64,000 nt of DNA from Elusimicrobiota bacterium (lineage in GTDB: Bacteria; Elusimicrobiota; Elusimicrobia; UBA1565; UBA9628). A program made the translations under genes and the position numbers. The notes beneath the pieces were generated by a model. That model did not search any database. It was given only the letters and a program-made list of their open reading frames with translations, and was not told where the DNA came from. The stretch's first letter is position 1. Every line of letters begins with the position of its first letter. Below are positions 43,368-54,210 of this stretch, one piece after another. Location of the stretch: assembly GCA_016191335.1 (NCBI GenBank), contig JACPOW010000029.1, forward strand, positions 1,354 through 65,353, given 5' to 3'.

Positions 43368-45893
43368 ATGGCGACAAACGAAGATCTCCAGTCCGAGCTG
43401 CGCGCGCTGAGCCTCGAGGTCCGGTCCCTGCGGGACGAGGTGGAGAGGCTGAAGGGGGGCGAGACCGCCGAGTCCCCTCTTCCGAAGGTCGAGCCCCCGG
43501 CGCCGAAGCCCGCCGCACAGGTAGTTATTGATTCGCCGAAGGCGGATCAGCCGTCCGCGCCCAAGCCCGCCCCCGCCGAGAGGACCGAGACGTTCGCGGA
43601 CCTCGTGCGCAAGGCCAAGGGCCTGCCTCCCGCTCCCAAGGCGTCCGGAGCGTCCGGCCCGCTGCGGGCCGCCCCGGCGGCGCCGCGCGATTATTCCTCG
43701 GCGTTCACCGAGAAGTTCATCGGCGAGAAGATGCTGCAGTACGTCGGCGCGCTGATCCTCGGCCTCGGCGTCATCTTCTTCCTGATCTGGCGCGCCCAGC
43801 ACACCAGCCCGCACGAGCGCGCGTTCATGGCGGCGGCCGCGGGCGCCGTGCTCGTCGGCCTCGGCGTCTACGTCCGCGCGCGGCCCCCGTACCAGGGCCT
43901 GTCCGGGGCCCTCCTCGGCGGCGGCTGGTCCGTCCTTTATATCACCGCCTACGCGGTCTACCATTTCGAGCCCGTGAAGATCGTCGACTCGCCGCAGGTC
44001 GCGCTCGGGCTCATGCTCGCGGCGGCCGGCGGCATGATCGCGCACGCGCTGTCGACGGGCTCGCGGCCGTTCCGTCTGTACGCCGTCGGCCTGACCTATT
44101 TCCTGCTCCTGTTCCTCCGGGCCGACATCGCCTCCTTCGACCTGTTCCTGCTGATGCTGGCCGCCTCGGCGGCGATCGCCGTGGAGTCCGGCGAGGCCGA
44201 CGTGCTGATCCCGGCCCTGATCGGCTACCACGTCAACTACGTCCCGGTCTACTTCCACACCATCGGCCTGCCGCCCGCGGACCACACCGCGGCGAACTTC
44301 GCCCAGCCGTTCGGCTGGCTCGCCGGGGGCTACCTGATCGTCGCGCTGATGCCGTTCGTGCCGCGCACGCGCGAGCGGCTCTTCACGGAAGCTCAGAAAA
44401 GCATCCTGGACTCGGCCCTGTGCCTCAACGCGGCCCTGTTCGCCCTGGTCGCCGGCTCGATGGGGCGGGTGTACTTCGGCCACGCGAGCCTGCCGCGCGC
44501 CGGCGCGCTGAGCGCGCTCTTCCTTCTGCCCGCGATCGGACATCTGCGCGTGCTGGGGCGCGCCGCCGCGTCGGTGAGCCTGGGCGGCGTCATCCCGCTC
44601 GCGCTGATGGCGGCCGCCGTCTTCGAGATGCCGGACCCGATGTGGAAGCTCGTCGCCTGGGTCGGGGTCTCGACGGGCTGGGTGTTCATCGGCCTGTTCC
44701 TGAACCAGCCCGTCTGGCGGGCCGCCGGCCTGTGCATGGCGCTGCTGACCTTTATGTTCTACACCGAGGTCGCGCGCCGCGGCGAGGACGCGCGCCGGGC
44801 GGCGGCGATGGCGCTGTTCGTGTTCTCGGGCCTCTCCTACTTCTTCTCCCGCTTCCATCGCCTGTGGCTGGCCGACCCCGAGGAGTGGGAGAAGCCCGTC
44901 ACGGAGTACTGGCTGTACATCGGCACGGCCTCGCTCGTGCTCGGCCTGTGGGGCGCGCTCGACGCGGCGCCGTTCCTGTGCTGCCTCGTCGCGCTGGCGA
45001 TCGTGGGCGAGCACCTCGCCGTGCGCCTGAGCCGCGTCCACCTGTGGGTGCAGGCCGCCGCGCTCGAGCTCGGCTTCGGGTTCTACTCCTTCTTCGTCGA
45101 CTACGGGACGGGCGCCGCCGGGATCGGGATCTCGCCGCGCCTGCTCGTGACCGCGGTGGTGATCGGGGCGTACCTGTACCTTCTGTTCGCCGACCCGATG
45201 GACGAGGAGCTGGCCCGGCGCTGGGAGCCGTTCTCGCTGGCCGAGCAGCGCCGCGCTCTCTCGTGGATGCTGCTCGCGGTGGCCGCGTTCGCGGTGTACC
45301 GCGAGTTCGACGGGCGCCTGCGCCTGCCGATCTGGGCGTTCACCTCGCTGGCGCTGTTCTGGCTCGGGCGCGAGAAGAAGAGCGCCGATTTCCGCGCGCA
45401 GGCGATGCTGCTGGCGGGCGGCACCGCGCTCGAGGCCGGCGTGTCGTACCTGACCGCGCCGGCGGCCCTGATGGCCCCGCTCACCGTGCCCCGGGTGCTC
45501 CTGTTCTGGTCGTCGATCGCCGCGCTGCTCGGCGGGCTGTCGTTCGCCAAGGCGGGCGCGTCGGAGGACGAGCGCGACGACCAGGCGGCGACGATGTTCG
45601 CTCTGCTGGCCCTGGTCCTCGGCGCGGCCTACTTCGCCAAGGAGCTCGACCGCGTCCAGCTGACGCTGGCGTGGACGGGGCTGGGCATCTCCTTCCTGGC
45701 CGGGGGCATCGCGCTCGGCTGGCGCGAGCTGCGCCTGCCGGGGCTCGGTTTGCTCGGGCTGTGCGTGGCGAAGGCGCTGCTCTCCGACACGGCCAACCTC
45801 CCGCTGCCGCACCGCGTGGCGAGCTTCGTGGCCCTGGGCGTGGTGCTGATCCTCGCCTCGACCCTGTACAACAAGGCGGGCGCGGGGGAGTGA
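43368..45893 (+). CDS. DUF2339 polytopic membrane protein
   Basis: EKFIGEKMLQYVG..LG..FF at the N-terminus, many TMs, KALLSDT...RVASFVALG at the C-terminus. Confidence 0.85.
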   Translation: MATNEDLQSELRALSLEVRSLRDEVERLKGGETAESPLPKVEPPAPKPAAQVVIDSPKADQPSAPKPAPAERTETFADLVRKAKGLPPAPKASGASGPLRAAPAAPRDYSSAFTEKFIGEKMLQYVGALILGLGVIFFLIWRAQHTSPHERAFMAAAAGAVLVGLGVYVRARPPYQGLSGALLGGGWSVLYITAYAVYHFEPVKIVDSPQVALGLMLAAAGGMIAHALSTGSRPFRLYAVGLTYFLLLFLRADIASFDLFLLMLAASAAIAVESGEADVLIPALIGYHVNYVPVYFHTIGLPPADHTAANFAQPFGWLAGGYLIVALMPFVPRTRERLFTEAQKSILDSALCLNAALFALVAGSMGRVYFGHASLPRAGALSALFLLPAIGHLRVLGRAAASVSLGGVIPLALMAAAVFEMPDPMWKLVAWVGVSTGWVFIGLFLNQPVWRAAGLCMALLTFMFYTEVARRGEDARRAAAMALFVFSGLSYFFSRFHRLWLADPEEWEKPVTEYWLYIGTASLVLGLWGALDAAPFLCCLVALAIVGEHLAVRLSRVHLWVQAAALELGFGFYSFFVDYGTGAAGIGISPRLLVTAVVIGAYLYLLFADPMDEELARRWEPFSLAEQRRALSWMLLAVAAFAVYREFDGRLRLPIWAFTSLALFWLGREKKSADFRAQAMLLAGGTALEAGVSYLTAPAALMAPLTVPRVLLFWSSIAALLGGLSFAKAGASEDERDDQAATMFALLALVLGAAYFAKELDRVQLTLAWTGLGISFLAGGIALGWRELRLPGLGLLGLCVAKALLSDTANLPLPHRVASFVALGVVLILASTLYNKAGAGE

Positions 45894-46708
45894 AGCGGCT
45901 CGCGCCGTTCGCGCTCGTCGCCCTCGCCCTCGGAGCCGCGTTCGTCGTGAGCCGGGGAGGGCGCAGCCGCGAGAGCCTCCTGCCCGTGTCGCGCGCGGTC
46001 GCCGAGCACGGCAAGGCCCTCGACCGGGGCACCGCGGTCGTCTTCCCGCTCTCGGTCGACGAGGAACGGGCCATCGGCGAGAAGATCGACAAGGACCTGC
46101 GCGCGACCGAGCCGGCCCCGGGCACGCCCGCGGCCTCCCGCGCCGCCCTGTGGAAGGAGCTCGGCCTCGAGGCGGCGGGCTCGCCGCTGGTGACGCGCTT
46201 CCGCGGCCGCTACGCGTTCCGCGTCTCCGCGTACGAGGAGGTCAACGCCTTCGCCGTGCCCGGCGGCTTCGTCTACGCGACCGGCGGGCTGCTCGAGAAG
46301 CTGCACAAGGACCCCGACGCCCTGCTGTTCGTGCTCGGCCACGAGATCGGCCACATCGAGCTGGGCCATTGCGCCGACCGTTACCGCCTGAGCGCGGGCG
46401 CGAAGGACCCCGTGCGCGCGGTGCTCGGCGGCGTGATCATGGTCCCCCGGATGCTCGCGTCGCTCCACTTCTCGCCGAGCCAGGAGCTCGAGTCCGACGC
46501 CTACGCCGTGCGCCTGATGCGCACGCTCAAGCGCGATCCCGCCGCGGGGCTGCGCCTCTTCGACGCCCTCGGCCTGAAGGCCGACACGGACACGAAGCGC
46601 GGGCCGGGCGAGGTCGTCTCCGAGGGGCTGTCCGACTACTTCCGCACGCATCCCGGATCGTGGGAGCGGCGCAACGCGCTCGAGCGCGAGGCCCGGGAGA
46701 GCCGGTGA
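45890..46708 (+). CDS. M48-family metallopeptidase
   Basis: GTGA coupling; VNAFAVPGG, LGHEIGH, QELESD, FRTHP. Confidence 0.88.
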   Translation: MKRLAPFALVALALGAAFVVSRGGRSRESLLPVSRAVAEHGKALDRGTAVVFPLSVDEERAIGEKIDKDLRATEPAPGTPAASRAALWKELGLEAAGSPLVTRFRGRYAFRVSAYEEVNAFAVPGGFVYATGGLLEKLHKDPDALLFVLGHEIGHIELGHCADRYRLSAGAKDPVRAVLGGVIMVPRMLASLHFSPSQELESDAYAVRLMRTLKRDPAAGLRLFDALGLKADTDTKRGPGEVVSEGLSDYFRTHPGSWERRNALEREARESR

Positions 46709-49700
46709 CCCGGGGCGTCTCCTCGACGGGCTTCCTCGCCTTCCTGGCCGCGCAGGCGACGAGCGCGTTCAACGACAACGCCTTCAAGACCTTCGTCATC
46801 CTGCTCGCGGTCGCGGCCGACCCCGCCGGCGCGCCGACGCTCATCGCGGCGGCCAGCGCCGCGTTCATCGTCCCTTTCCTGCTGTTCTCGACGCTCGCCG
46901 GCGACGCCGCCGACCGCTGGCCGAAGGTCCGACTCGTCGTCCTGTTCAAGGCGATGGAGGTGGCCCTCCTCCTGCTCGCGGTCCCGGCCCTCGCCGCGCG
47001 CAGCGCGCCGGCCCTGCTGGTCCTCGTCTTTCTGATGGGCGTCCACTCCGCCTTCTTCGGCCCGGTCAAGTTCTCGATCCTCCCCGAGCTCGTTCCGGAC
47101 GGCGAGCTGTCCAACGCGAACGGCCTGGTGCAGATGACGAGCTTCGGCGCGATCATCCTCGGCACCACCGCCGCCGCCGAGCTCGTCATGCGCCTGCGCG
47201 ACCGCCCGGGGCTGGCCGCGGCCGTGCTCGCCGCCGTCGCCCTCGCGGGCTTCCTCGCCTCGCTGCTCATCCCCGCCTCGGCCCCGGCGAGGCCGGGGGC
47301 GGCGCTGTCGCTCGACCCGTTCTCGAGCACGGCCGCCAACCTCCGCCACCTCTCCTCCCTGCCGAGCGTGAACCTCGCGACCTACGCGGCCGCCTTCTTC
47401 TGGTTCGTCGGGGCGCTGTTCCAGCTGAACCTCCTCGTCTACGGCACGCGCCTGATGGGCCTGAGCGAGGCGGAGTGCGGGCGCTTCCAGGTGATGCTGG
47501 CCCTCGGCATCGGCGCGGGCTCCTTCGTCGCCGGCCGGCTGTCGCGCGGCCGCGTCGAGCTCGGCCTCGTGCCGCTCGGCGCGCTCGGCCTCGTGCTGTT
47601 CGGAGCGGACCTGGGCTTCGCCTATCATTCGACGAGCCGCGTGGTCTTCGACCTCCTGATGGCGGGCCTCTCCGCCGGCTTCTACGCCGTGCCCCTGCAG
47701 GCCTTCATCCAGCAGCGCAGCCCCGCCGGGGAGCGCGGCCGCGTGGTGGCGACGGGCAACTTCCTCTGCTTCGCCGCCATCCTCGTCGCCTCGGCCGCCC
47801 TGTGGGCCCTCGACGCGAAGTTCCGCCTGAACCCGGCCCAGGTCTTCCTCGTCGCGGCCGCGATGTCGGCGGTGATCGCCTGGGAGCTGCTCAAGCGCCT
47901 GCCGGACTTCTTCCTGCGCCTGCTGTTCCTCCCGCTGACGCGGTGCATCTACAGCATCCGCTCCGTCGGCCAGGAGAACGTGCCCATCGACGGCCCGGTC
48001 CTGCTCGTGGCCAATCACGTCTCCTTCGTCGACGCGATCTTGATCGCCATGGCGAACCAGCGCCTGGTGCGCTTCCTCATGCTGCGCGCCTTCTACGACC
48101 TGCCCGTGGCGGGCGCCTTCTTCAAGGCCATGGGCTGCATCCCCGTCTCGAGCGGCGACGGCCCGAAGGCCCTCGTCGCGTCGTTCAAGCGCGCGCGGGA
48201 GTACATGATGTCGGGCGAAGCGGTGTGCATCTTCGCCGAAGGCGAGATCAGTCGTCATGGACAGATGCAGAGGTTCAAGCGCGGCTTCGAGAGCATGGTG
48301 CATGGGGTCGAGGTCCCGATCGTGCCGGTGCATTTGGATCAAGTGTGGGGAAGCATCTTCAGTTTTTCCGAAGGAAAAATTGTTTTTAAGTGGCCTCGTC
48401 GCATTCCGTACCGGGTAACGGTGAGTTTCGGTAAACCGATGCCCGCGACTTCGTCGGCGTTTGAAGTCCGTCAGGCGATCCTCGCGCTCGGCGCCGAGGC
48501 CTTTACGCACAGACTCCAAGATTCACCGCCTTTGCCCTTGGCGTTCTCGCGTCAGGCAAAGGCGAAGCCGTTCGCCCTGAGCATGGCCGATTCGTCCGGC
48601 ACTCGTTTGAGCGCCATCCAAGCCCTCACCGGGTCCTATCTCATAGGCAAATCGATATCCGTTAACGTCGCCGAAGGCGACGAAAACATCGGCGTGTATC
48701 TCCCGCCGTCGGCCGGCGCGGCGCTCGTCAACGCGGGCCTTCTTCTGCACGGCAAGGTCGCCATAAATTTGAACTACACGGCCAGTAAAGAGGTCGTGGA
48801 TGCGTGCGTCAACAAGGCCGGCATCCGGACCATCGTCTCCTCGCGCAAGTTCTCCGAAAAGATGGGCTGGGAGCCCGACGGCAAGAAGATCTATGTCGAG
48901 GATCTCATGCCGTCCCTGTCCGCGTTCTCGAAATCCGTTCATGCCCTCGTTTTCCTCCTCCTTCCGTCGTTCGTCCTCGAACGAACCTTCTTCATCCGCG
49001 CCCGCGGCTCGCTCGACCGCCTCGCCACCATCATGTTCACCAGCGGCTCGACCGGCACCCCCAAAGGCGTGATGCTCACTCACGCGAACATCCTCGCGAA
49101 CCTCGAGGCCGTCGCCCAGGTCATCCAATTCGGCCCCGACGACCGCATGCTCGGCGTTCTGCCTTTTTTCCACTCCTTCGGCTTCACCGTGACCCTCTGG
49201 ATGCCCCTGCGCCTCGGCATGGGGGCGGTGTACCACTACAACCCTCTCGACTCCCGCCGCATCGGCGAGCTCGCCTCCGATTTCAAGGTCACCTGCCTGC
49301 TCGGCACCCCGACCTTCCTCCTCGCATGGATGCGCCGCGTCGAGCCCGAGAAGTTCAAGACCCTCCGCCGCGTCGTCGTCGGCGCCGAGAAGCTGCGCGC
49401 CGAGGTGGCGAAGGCCTTCGCGGAGAAGTACGGGGTCACCCCGCTCGAGGGCTACGGCGCCACCGAGCTCTCGCCCGTCGCCTCGGTGAACATACCCGAC
49501 ATCGCCTGGCCCGGCATCCACCAGACCGGGACCAAGCTCGGCACCGTGGGCCAGCCGCTGCCCGGCGTGTTCATGAAGGTCGTCGACCCCGACACCGGCA
49601 AGGAGCTCGGCGCCGACCAGCCCGGTCTCCTCCTCGTGAAGGGCCCGAACGTGATGAAGGGCTACCTCGGCGACCCGGCCAAGACCGCCGAGGCCGTCCG

Positions 49701-50097
49701 GGACGGCTATTACGTCACCGGCGACATCGCCCGCATCGACGAGGACGGCTTCGTCACCCTGACCGACCGCCTCTCGCGCTTCTCCAAGGTCGCCGGCGAG
49801 ATGGTGCCGCACATCAAGGTCGAGGAGAGCCTGCACGAGGTCCACGGCGTCCTCGACATGACCTTCGTCGTCGCCGGCGTCCCCGACGACAAGCGCGGCG
49901 AGCGCCTCGTCGTCCTCTATAAGGCGGAGCTCGACGTCGAGGTCACGCTCAAGAAGCTCGCCGACACCGGCCTGCCCAAGCTCTGGCTGCCCGACAAGTC
50001 CAACTTCCACAAGGTCGAGCAGTTCCCGCTGCTCGGCTCGGGCAAGCTCGACATGCAGGCCCTCAAGGCCGAAGCCCGGCGCCGAGAAGGGCTATAA
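46705..50097 (+). CDS. aas: MFS (LplT-like) + acyltransferase + acyl-ACP synthetase fusion (Aas-type)
   Basis: AFNDNAFK (MFS); ANHVSFVD and IFAEG (PlsC); FTSGSTGTPKGV, EGYGATE, YVTGD, RFSKVAGEMV (AMP-binding). Confidence 0.9.
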   Translation: MTRGVSSTGFLAFLAAQATSAFNDNAFKTFVILLAVAADPAGAPTLIAAASAAFIVPFLLFSTLAGDAADRWPKVRLVVLFKAMEVALLLLAVPALAARSAPALLVLVFLMGVHSAFFGPVKFSILPELVPDGELSNANGLVQMTSFGAIILGTTAAAELVMRLRDRPGLAAAVLAAVALAGFLASLLIPASAPARPGAALSLDPFSSTAANLRHLSSLPSVNLATYAAAFFWFVGALFQLNLLVYGTRLMGLSEAECGRFQVMLALGIGAGSFVAGRLSRGRVELGLVPLGALGLVLFGADLGFAYHSTSRVVFDLLMAGLSAGFYAVPLQAFIQQRSPAGERGRVVATGNFLCFAAILVASAALWALDAKFRLNPAQVFLVAAAMSAVIAWELLKRLPDFFLRLLFLPLTRCIYSIRSVGQENVPIDGPVLLVANHVSFVDAILIAMANQRLVRFLMLRAFYDLPVAGAFFKAMGCIPVSSGDGPKALVASFKRAREYMMSGEAVCIFAEGEISRHGQMQRFKRGFESMVHGVEVPIVPVHLDQVWGSIFSFSEGKIVFKWPRRIPYRVTVSFGKPMPATSSAFEVRQAILALGAEAFTHRLQDSPPLPLAFSRQAKAKPFALSMADSSGTRLSAIQALTGSYLIGKSISVNVAEGDENIGVYLPPSAGAALVNAGLLLHGKVAINLNYTASKEVVDACVNKAGIRTIVSSRKFSEKMGWEPDGKKIYVEDLMPSLSAFSKSVHALVFLLLPSFVLERTFFIRARGSLDRLATIMFTSGSTGTPKGVMLTHANILANLEAVAQVIQFGPDDRMLGVLPFFHSFGFTVTLWMPLRLGMGAVYHYNPLDSRRIGELASDFKVTCLLGTPTFLLAWMRRVEPEKFKTLRRVVVGAEKLRAEVAKAFAEKYGVTPLEGYGATELSPVASVNIPDIAWPGIHQTGTKLGTVGQPLPGVFMKVVDPDTGKELGADQPGLLLVKGPNVMKGYLGDPAKTAEAVRDGYYVTGDIARIDEDGFVTLTDRLSRFSKVAGEMVPHIKVEESLHEVHGVLDMTFVVAGVPDDKRGERLVVLYKAELDVEVTLKKLADTGLPKLWLPDKSNFHKVEQFPLLGSGKLDMQALKAEARRREGL

Positions 50098-50107
50098 TCC
50101 CCGCAGA

Positions 50108-51609
50108 ATGCTGATGCTGCTCGTCGCCGCCCTGATCGCCGCGAACGCCCTGTTCGTGCTCATGGAGTTCGCGCTCGTGCGCGTGCGCCCGGCGCGCATC
50201 GAGGTGCTCGCGCGCAAGGGCGGCCGACGCGCGCTCGCGGTGCAGGACGCGCTGACCCGCCTCGACGACTACCTCGCGGCCTGCCAGGTCGGCATCACCA
50301 TCCTGTCCCTGACGCTCGGCTGGGTCGGCGAGCCGGCGATCGCGCGCGCCGTCGAGGGGGCGATGGGCGGCCTGACGGCCTCCCTGCCGCCGGTGGTCTT
50401 CCACGGCCTCGTCTTCGCGGTGTCGCTGGCCGTCCTGTCCTGGCTGCACATCGTGCTGGGCGAGCTCGTACCCCGGACGCTCGGCATCCAGTTCGGCGAA
50501 ACGGTCGCGCTGTGGGGCATCATCCCGCTGATGGGCTTCAAGACCTTCCTGCGCTGGCCGGTGCGCTTCCTGTCCGCCTCGTCGAAGGGCATCCTGCGCG
50601 TCTTCCGCGTCAAGCCCGCCTCCGAGGCCGACCACTCGATCACCGTCGACGAGATGCGCGTGCTCCTCGGCGAGACCCAGGAGCGCGGCGCGATGCCGCT
50701 CGAGCGCCTGCTCCTGCTCGAGAACCTCTTCGACTTCGGCTCGTCGAAGGTCTCCGACGCGATGCGCCCGCGCGAGCGCATCGCCTACCTGTCGCTGTCC
50801 CGGACCTGGGCGGAGAACCTGGCCGTCATCCGGGACAAGCGCTACTCCCGCTACCCGCTGTGCGAGACGGACCTCGACACGGCCATCGGCTTCGTGCACA
50901 TCAAGGACCTCATCCTGACCGAGGCCGGCGCGGAGCCCGACCTCAAGACGCTGCGCCGCGACCTCTACGAGGTCTCCGACGGGGAGCTCCTCGAGAAGCT
51001 GCTCAAGACCATGCCCGACAAGGGCGTGCACCTCGCCGTCGCCCGCGACGGCCTCAACCGCATCATGGGCCTGCTCACGCTCGAGGACATCCTCGAGGAG
51101 CTCGTCGGCGAGGTCCGCGACGAGTTCGAGAAGACGACGGGCTGGATGGCGGGGAGTTCTTCTCGCGCGCGGCCGTCGACGCGAACCTGCCCACGACGGA
51201 GCGCCGCGCGACGATCCGCCACCTGATGGACAAGATGAAGGCCGCCAACCCCGAGCTCGACGCCGACGCCGCCTTCGACGCCGTCTGGGACCGCGAGCTC
51301 AAGGTCGCCAGCGCCGTCGGCCGCGGCGTCCTCGTGCCGCACGCCCGCCTGCCCGGCCTGACCGCGCCGCTGATCGCGGTCGGCCGCTTCGCCAAGGCGC
51401 CGCCCCTGCCCACGCCCGACGGCGCGCCGCTGCGCCTCGTGTTCCTGATCCTGACCCCGCTCGAGACGCCGACGATGCAGCTCAAGGTGCTCCAGCGCAT
51501 CGCTTCGCTCATCACCAACGAGACTTTGCGCCGCAAGATCCTGCGGGCCAAGACCGACGAGACCCTCCTGACCCTCCTGCGCACCGCCGACACCCTCCTC
51601 GCCACGTGA
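50108..51609 (+). pseudogene. CNNM(DUF21)-CBS protein fused to a PTS EIIA domain, split by a 1-nt frameshift at GGGG 51151-51154
   Basis: EFAL, QVGIT, GELVPR, YSRYP, TLEDILEELVGE in the first frame; WDRE...VPHAR...VFLIL in the second. One extra G gives continuous GWMAGEFFSR. May be a sequencing error. Confidence 0.7.
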
Positions 51610-51612
51610 GTC

Positions 51613-51690
51613 GGTGACAGTCTTACCGGTATTTTCACTTTCCGCATCTTGCTGACTCTCCAAAGTGAAAATACCGGTAAGACTGTCACC
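51613..51690. repeat. 78-bp palindrome (REP-like), 29-bp arms
   Basis: GGTGACAGTCTTACCGGTATTTTCACTTT-20 nt-AAAGTGAAAATACCGGTAAGACTGTCACC. Confidence 0.9.
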
Positions 51691-51742
51691 AAGTTCTCGC
51701 GCGGCCTGAACAGGCCCCCGCTCTAAGATGTATTATGTAGGC

Positions 51743-52771
51743 ATGATAAGCGAAAAACTCAGATTTTTGCGCGCCTGCCGCTCCCAGCCCGTCGACGCGA
51801 CCCCGGTCTGGTTCATGCGCCAGGCGGGACGCTATATGGCCGAGTACCGGGAGCTGCGCAAGACGCACTCCATCCTCGCTCTGGCCAAGACGCCGGAGCT
51901 CGCCTGCGAGGTGACGCTGCAGCCCGTGCGCGCCCTGCCCATCGACGCCGCCATCCTTTTCGCCGACATCCTGCTCGTCCTCGAGCCCATGGGCCTCAAG
52001 CTGCGCTTCGCGCCCGGGCCGACGATCTCCAACCCCGTGCGCACCGAGGCCGACATCAAGCGCCTGAAGGTCAAGGACGCCGCGGCCGAGCTCGACTGCG
52101 TGTTCCAGGCCGTCAAGCTGATCCGCCGCGAGACCGAGGGGAAGGTGGGCCTGATCGGCTTCGCCGGCGCCCCGTTCACCGTCGCCAGCTACATGATCGA
52201 GGGCGGCCACTCCGACCACTACAAGCTCACCAAGGCGATGATGACCGACCGCCCCGACCTTTGGGACCTCCTGATGAAGAAGGTCCGGGTCGTCACGGCC
52301 GAGTACCTCGAGGCGCAGGTCAAGGCCGGCGCGCAGGCCGTCCAGCTCTTCGACTCGTGGATCGGCGTGCTCTCGCCCGACCAGTACCGGCGCCACGTGC
52401 GCCCGCACTCGAAGTGGATCCTCGACCGCCTGGAGAAATCGGGCGTGCCCGTCATCTCCTTCGGCACCGACACCAACGGCTTCCTCGAGGACTTCGCCTC
52501 GGCCGGCGGCTCGGTGATCGGCGTGGACTGGCGCATCGACATGGACGTCGCGCGCCGCCGCATCGGCAAGAAGGCCGTGCAGGGCAACCTCGACCCCATC
52601 CTCCTCTTCTCCGGCAAGAAGGCCCTGAAGGCCGCGGTCAAGGACATCATCGACCGCAACGGCGGGCGCAGCGGCCACATCTTCAACCTGGGCCACGGCA
52701 TCCTGCCGACCACGCCGGTCGACACCGTCAAGATGGTCGCGGACTGGGTCCACGAGTTCAGCAGGAAATGA
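51743..52771 (+). CDS. hemE: Uroporphyrinogen decarboxylase
   Basis: PVWFMRQAGRYMAEY, LFADIL, IGFAGAPFT, QLFDSW, QGNLDP, FNLGHGI. Confidence 0.96.
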   Translation: MISEKLRFLRACRSQPVDATPVWFMRQAGRYMAEYRELRKTHSILALAKTPELACEVTLQPVRALPIDAAILFADILLVLEPMGLKLRFAPGPTISNPVRTEADIKRLKVKDAAAELDCVFQAVKLIRRETEGKVGLIGFAGAPFTVASYMIEGGHSDHYKLTKAMMTDRPDLWDLLMKKVRVVTAEYLEAQVKAGAQAVQLFDSWIGVLSPDQYRRHVRPHSKWILDRLEKSGVPVISFGTDTNGFLEDFASAGGSVIGVDWRIDMDVARRRIGKKAVQGNLDPILLFSGKKALKAAVKDIIDRNGGRSGHIFNLGHGILPTTPVDTVKMVADWVHEFSRK

Positions 52772-54210
52772 GACCCGGAAGACCGCAACAGACGAAGCGC
52801 GTCGTCGTGCTCGGCGGAGGCATCGCCGGCCTCACGGCGGCCTACGAGCTCTCCAAGAAAGGCCCGTCGGTCGAGGTCACCTTGCTCGAGGCGGCGCCCG
52901 TCCTCGGCGGCAAGATCCGCAGCGAGACGCTCGACGGCCAGGTCTTCGAGGCCGGGCCGGACAGCTTCCTCACCACCAAGCCCGAGATGCTCGAGCTCGT
53001 CCGCGAGCTCGGCCTGGAGGGCGAGGTCACCGGCACGGGCCCCGACGCCGGCTTCGACATCCTGATCGGGGGCCGCTTCGTCCCGATGCCCGCGGGCATG
53101 AACCTGATCGCCCCGACGCGCCTGCTCCCGTTCGCCTTCAGCTCCCTGTTCACCCCGGCGGCCAAGCTGCACATGGCCCTCGAGCCGCTGCGCCCCGTGC
53201 GCAAGGACGGCGCCGACGAATCGCTGGCCGATTTCACGCGCCGCCGCCTCGGCCAGGAGGCGCTCGAGCGCCTCGTCGGCCCCATGCTCGCCGGCATCTA
53301 CGCCGGCGACCCCGAGCGCATGAGCGTCAAGAGCACCTTCCCTCAGCTCCTCGAGATGGAGAAGAAGGGGGGGCTGGTCAAATCCATGTGGCTCGGCTGG
53401 CTGGGCACGAAGCGGCCAGCGCGCAAGGACGGGCTGACGACGTTCGTGACCTTGAAGGGCGGCCTGTCGAAGGCCGTCGACGCCCTGGCGCGCCGCCTGC
53501 CGCCGCGCGCCGTCCGCGTCGACTGCCCCGCGCAGGCCGTGCGCCGCCGCGACGGGCACTGGGAGGTCGTCACGCCGAACGCGGTCTTCGAGGCCGACGC
53601 GGTGATCTCCGCCCTGCCCGCGTCCGCGCTCGCCGACGTGATCGAGGGGCTCGACCCCGAGCTGTCGATGCGTCTGCGCGAGATCCCGTTCTCCTCCACC
53701 GCGACCTCGGTCCTGATCTACGACGACAAGGACGTCCCGGTCCGCCCCAAGGGCTTCGGCTTCCTCGCCCCCAAGGCCGAGGGGCTGGTCGTGACGGCCG
53801 GCACCTATTCCTCGGCGAAGTTCCCCGGCCGCGCCGTCCCCGGCAAGACCACCGTCCGCGCCTTCATCGGCGGCGCCGGGCGCGAGGCCGACGCCGAGGG
53901 AGCAATCACCCGTCTCGAGTCGCGCGTGCGCACCGACATCGACAAGGTGCTGGGCCTGCACGGCGCGGCGCCCGTGGCGCAGAAGACGACGCGCTGGATC
54001 AAAGCCAACCCGCAGTACGAGGTCGGCCACGCGCGCCGCCTCGACCGCATCAGCTCGTGCCTGAAGAGCCACCAGGGCCTGGTGCTCGCCGGAGCCTCGT
54101 TCAACGGCGTCGGGCTGCCCGACGGCGTGAAGTCGGGGCGCCGCGCGGTCGAATTCGTTCTCGCCGGTTCACGGAGGAACCATGACGTCGCTCGACCAGG
54201 ACTTGCTTAG
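52768..54210 (+). CDS. hemG: Protoporphyrinogen/coproporphyrinogen oxidase (HemY/HemG type, FAD)
   Basis: VVLGGGIAGLTAAY, LGGKIRS, EAGPDSF, GIYAGDP, PQYEVGH, GVGLPD; ATGA coupling to hemE. Confidence 0.92.
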   Translation: MRPGRPQQTKRVVVLGGGIAGLTAAYELSKKGPSVEVTLLEAAPVLGGKIRSETLDGQVFEAGPDSFLTTKPEMLELVRELGLEGEVTGTGPDAGFDILIGGRFVPMPAGMNLIAPTRLLPFAFSSLFTPAAKLHMALEPLRPVRKDGADESLADFTRRRLGQEALERLVGPMLAGIYAGDPERMSVKSTFPQLLEMEKKGGLVKSMWLGWLGTKRPARKDGLTTFVTLKGGLSKAVDALARRLPPRAVRVDCPAQAVRRRDGHWEVVTPNAVFEADAVISALPASALADVIEGLDPELSMRLREIPFSSTATSVLIYDDKDVPVRPKGFGFLAPKAEGLVVTAGTYSSAKFPGRAVPGKTTVRAFIGGAGREADAEGAITRLESRVRTDIDKVLGLHGAAPVAQKTTRWIKANPQYEVGHARRLDRISSCLKSHQGLVLAGASFNGVGLPDGVKSGRRAVEFVLAGSRRNHDVARPGLA

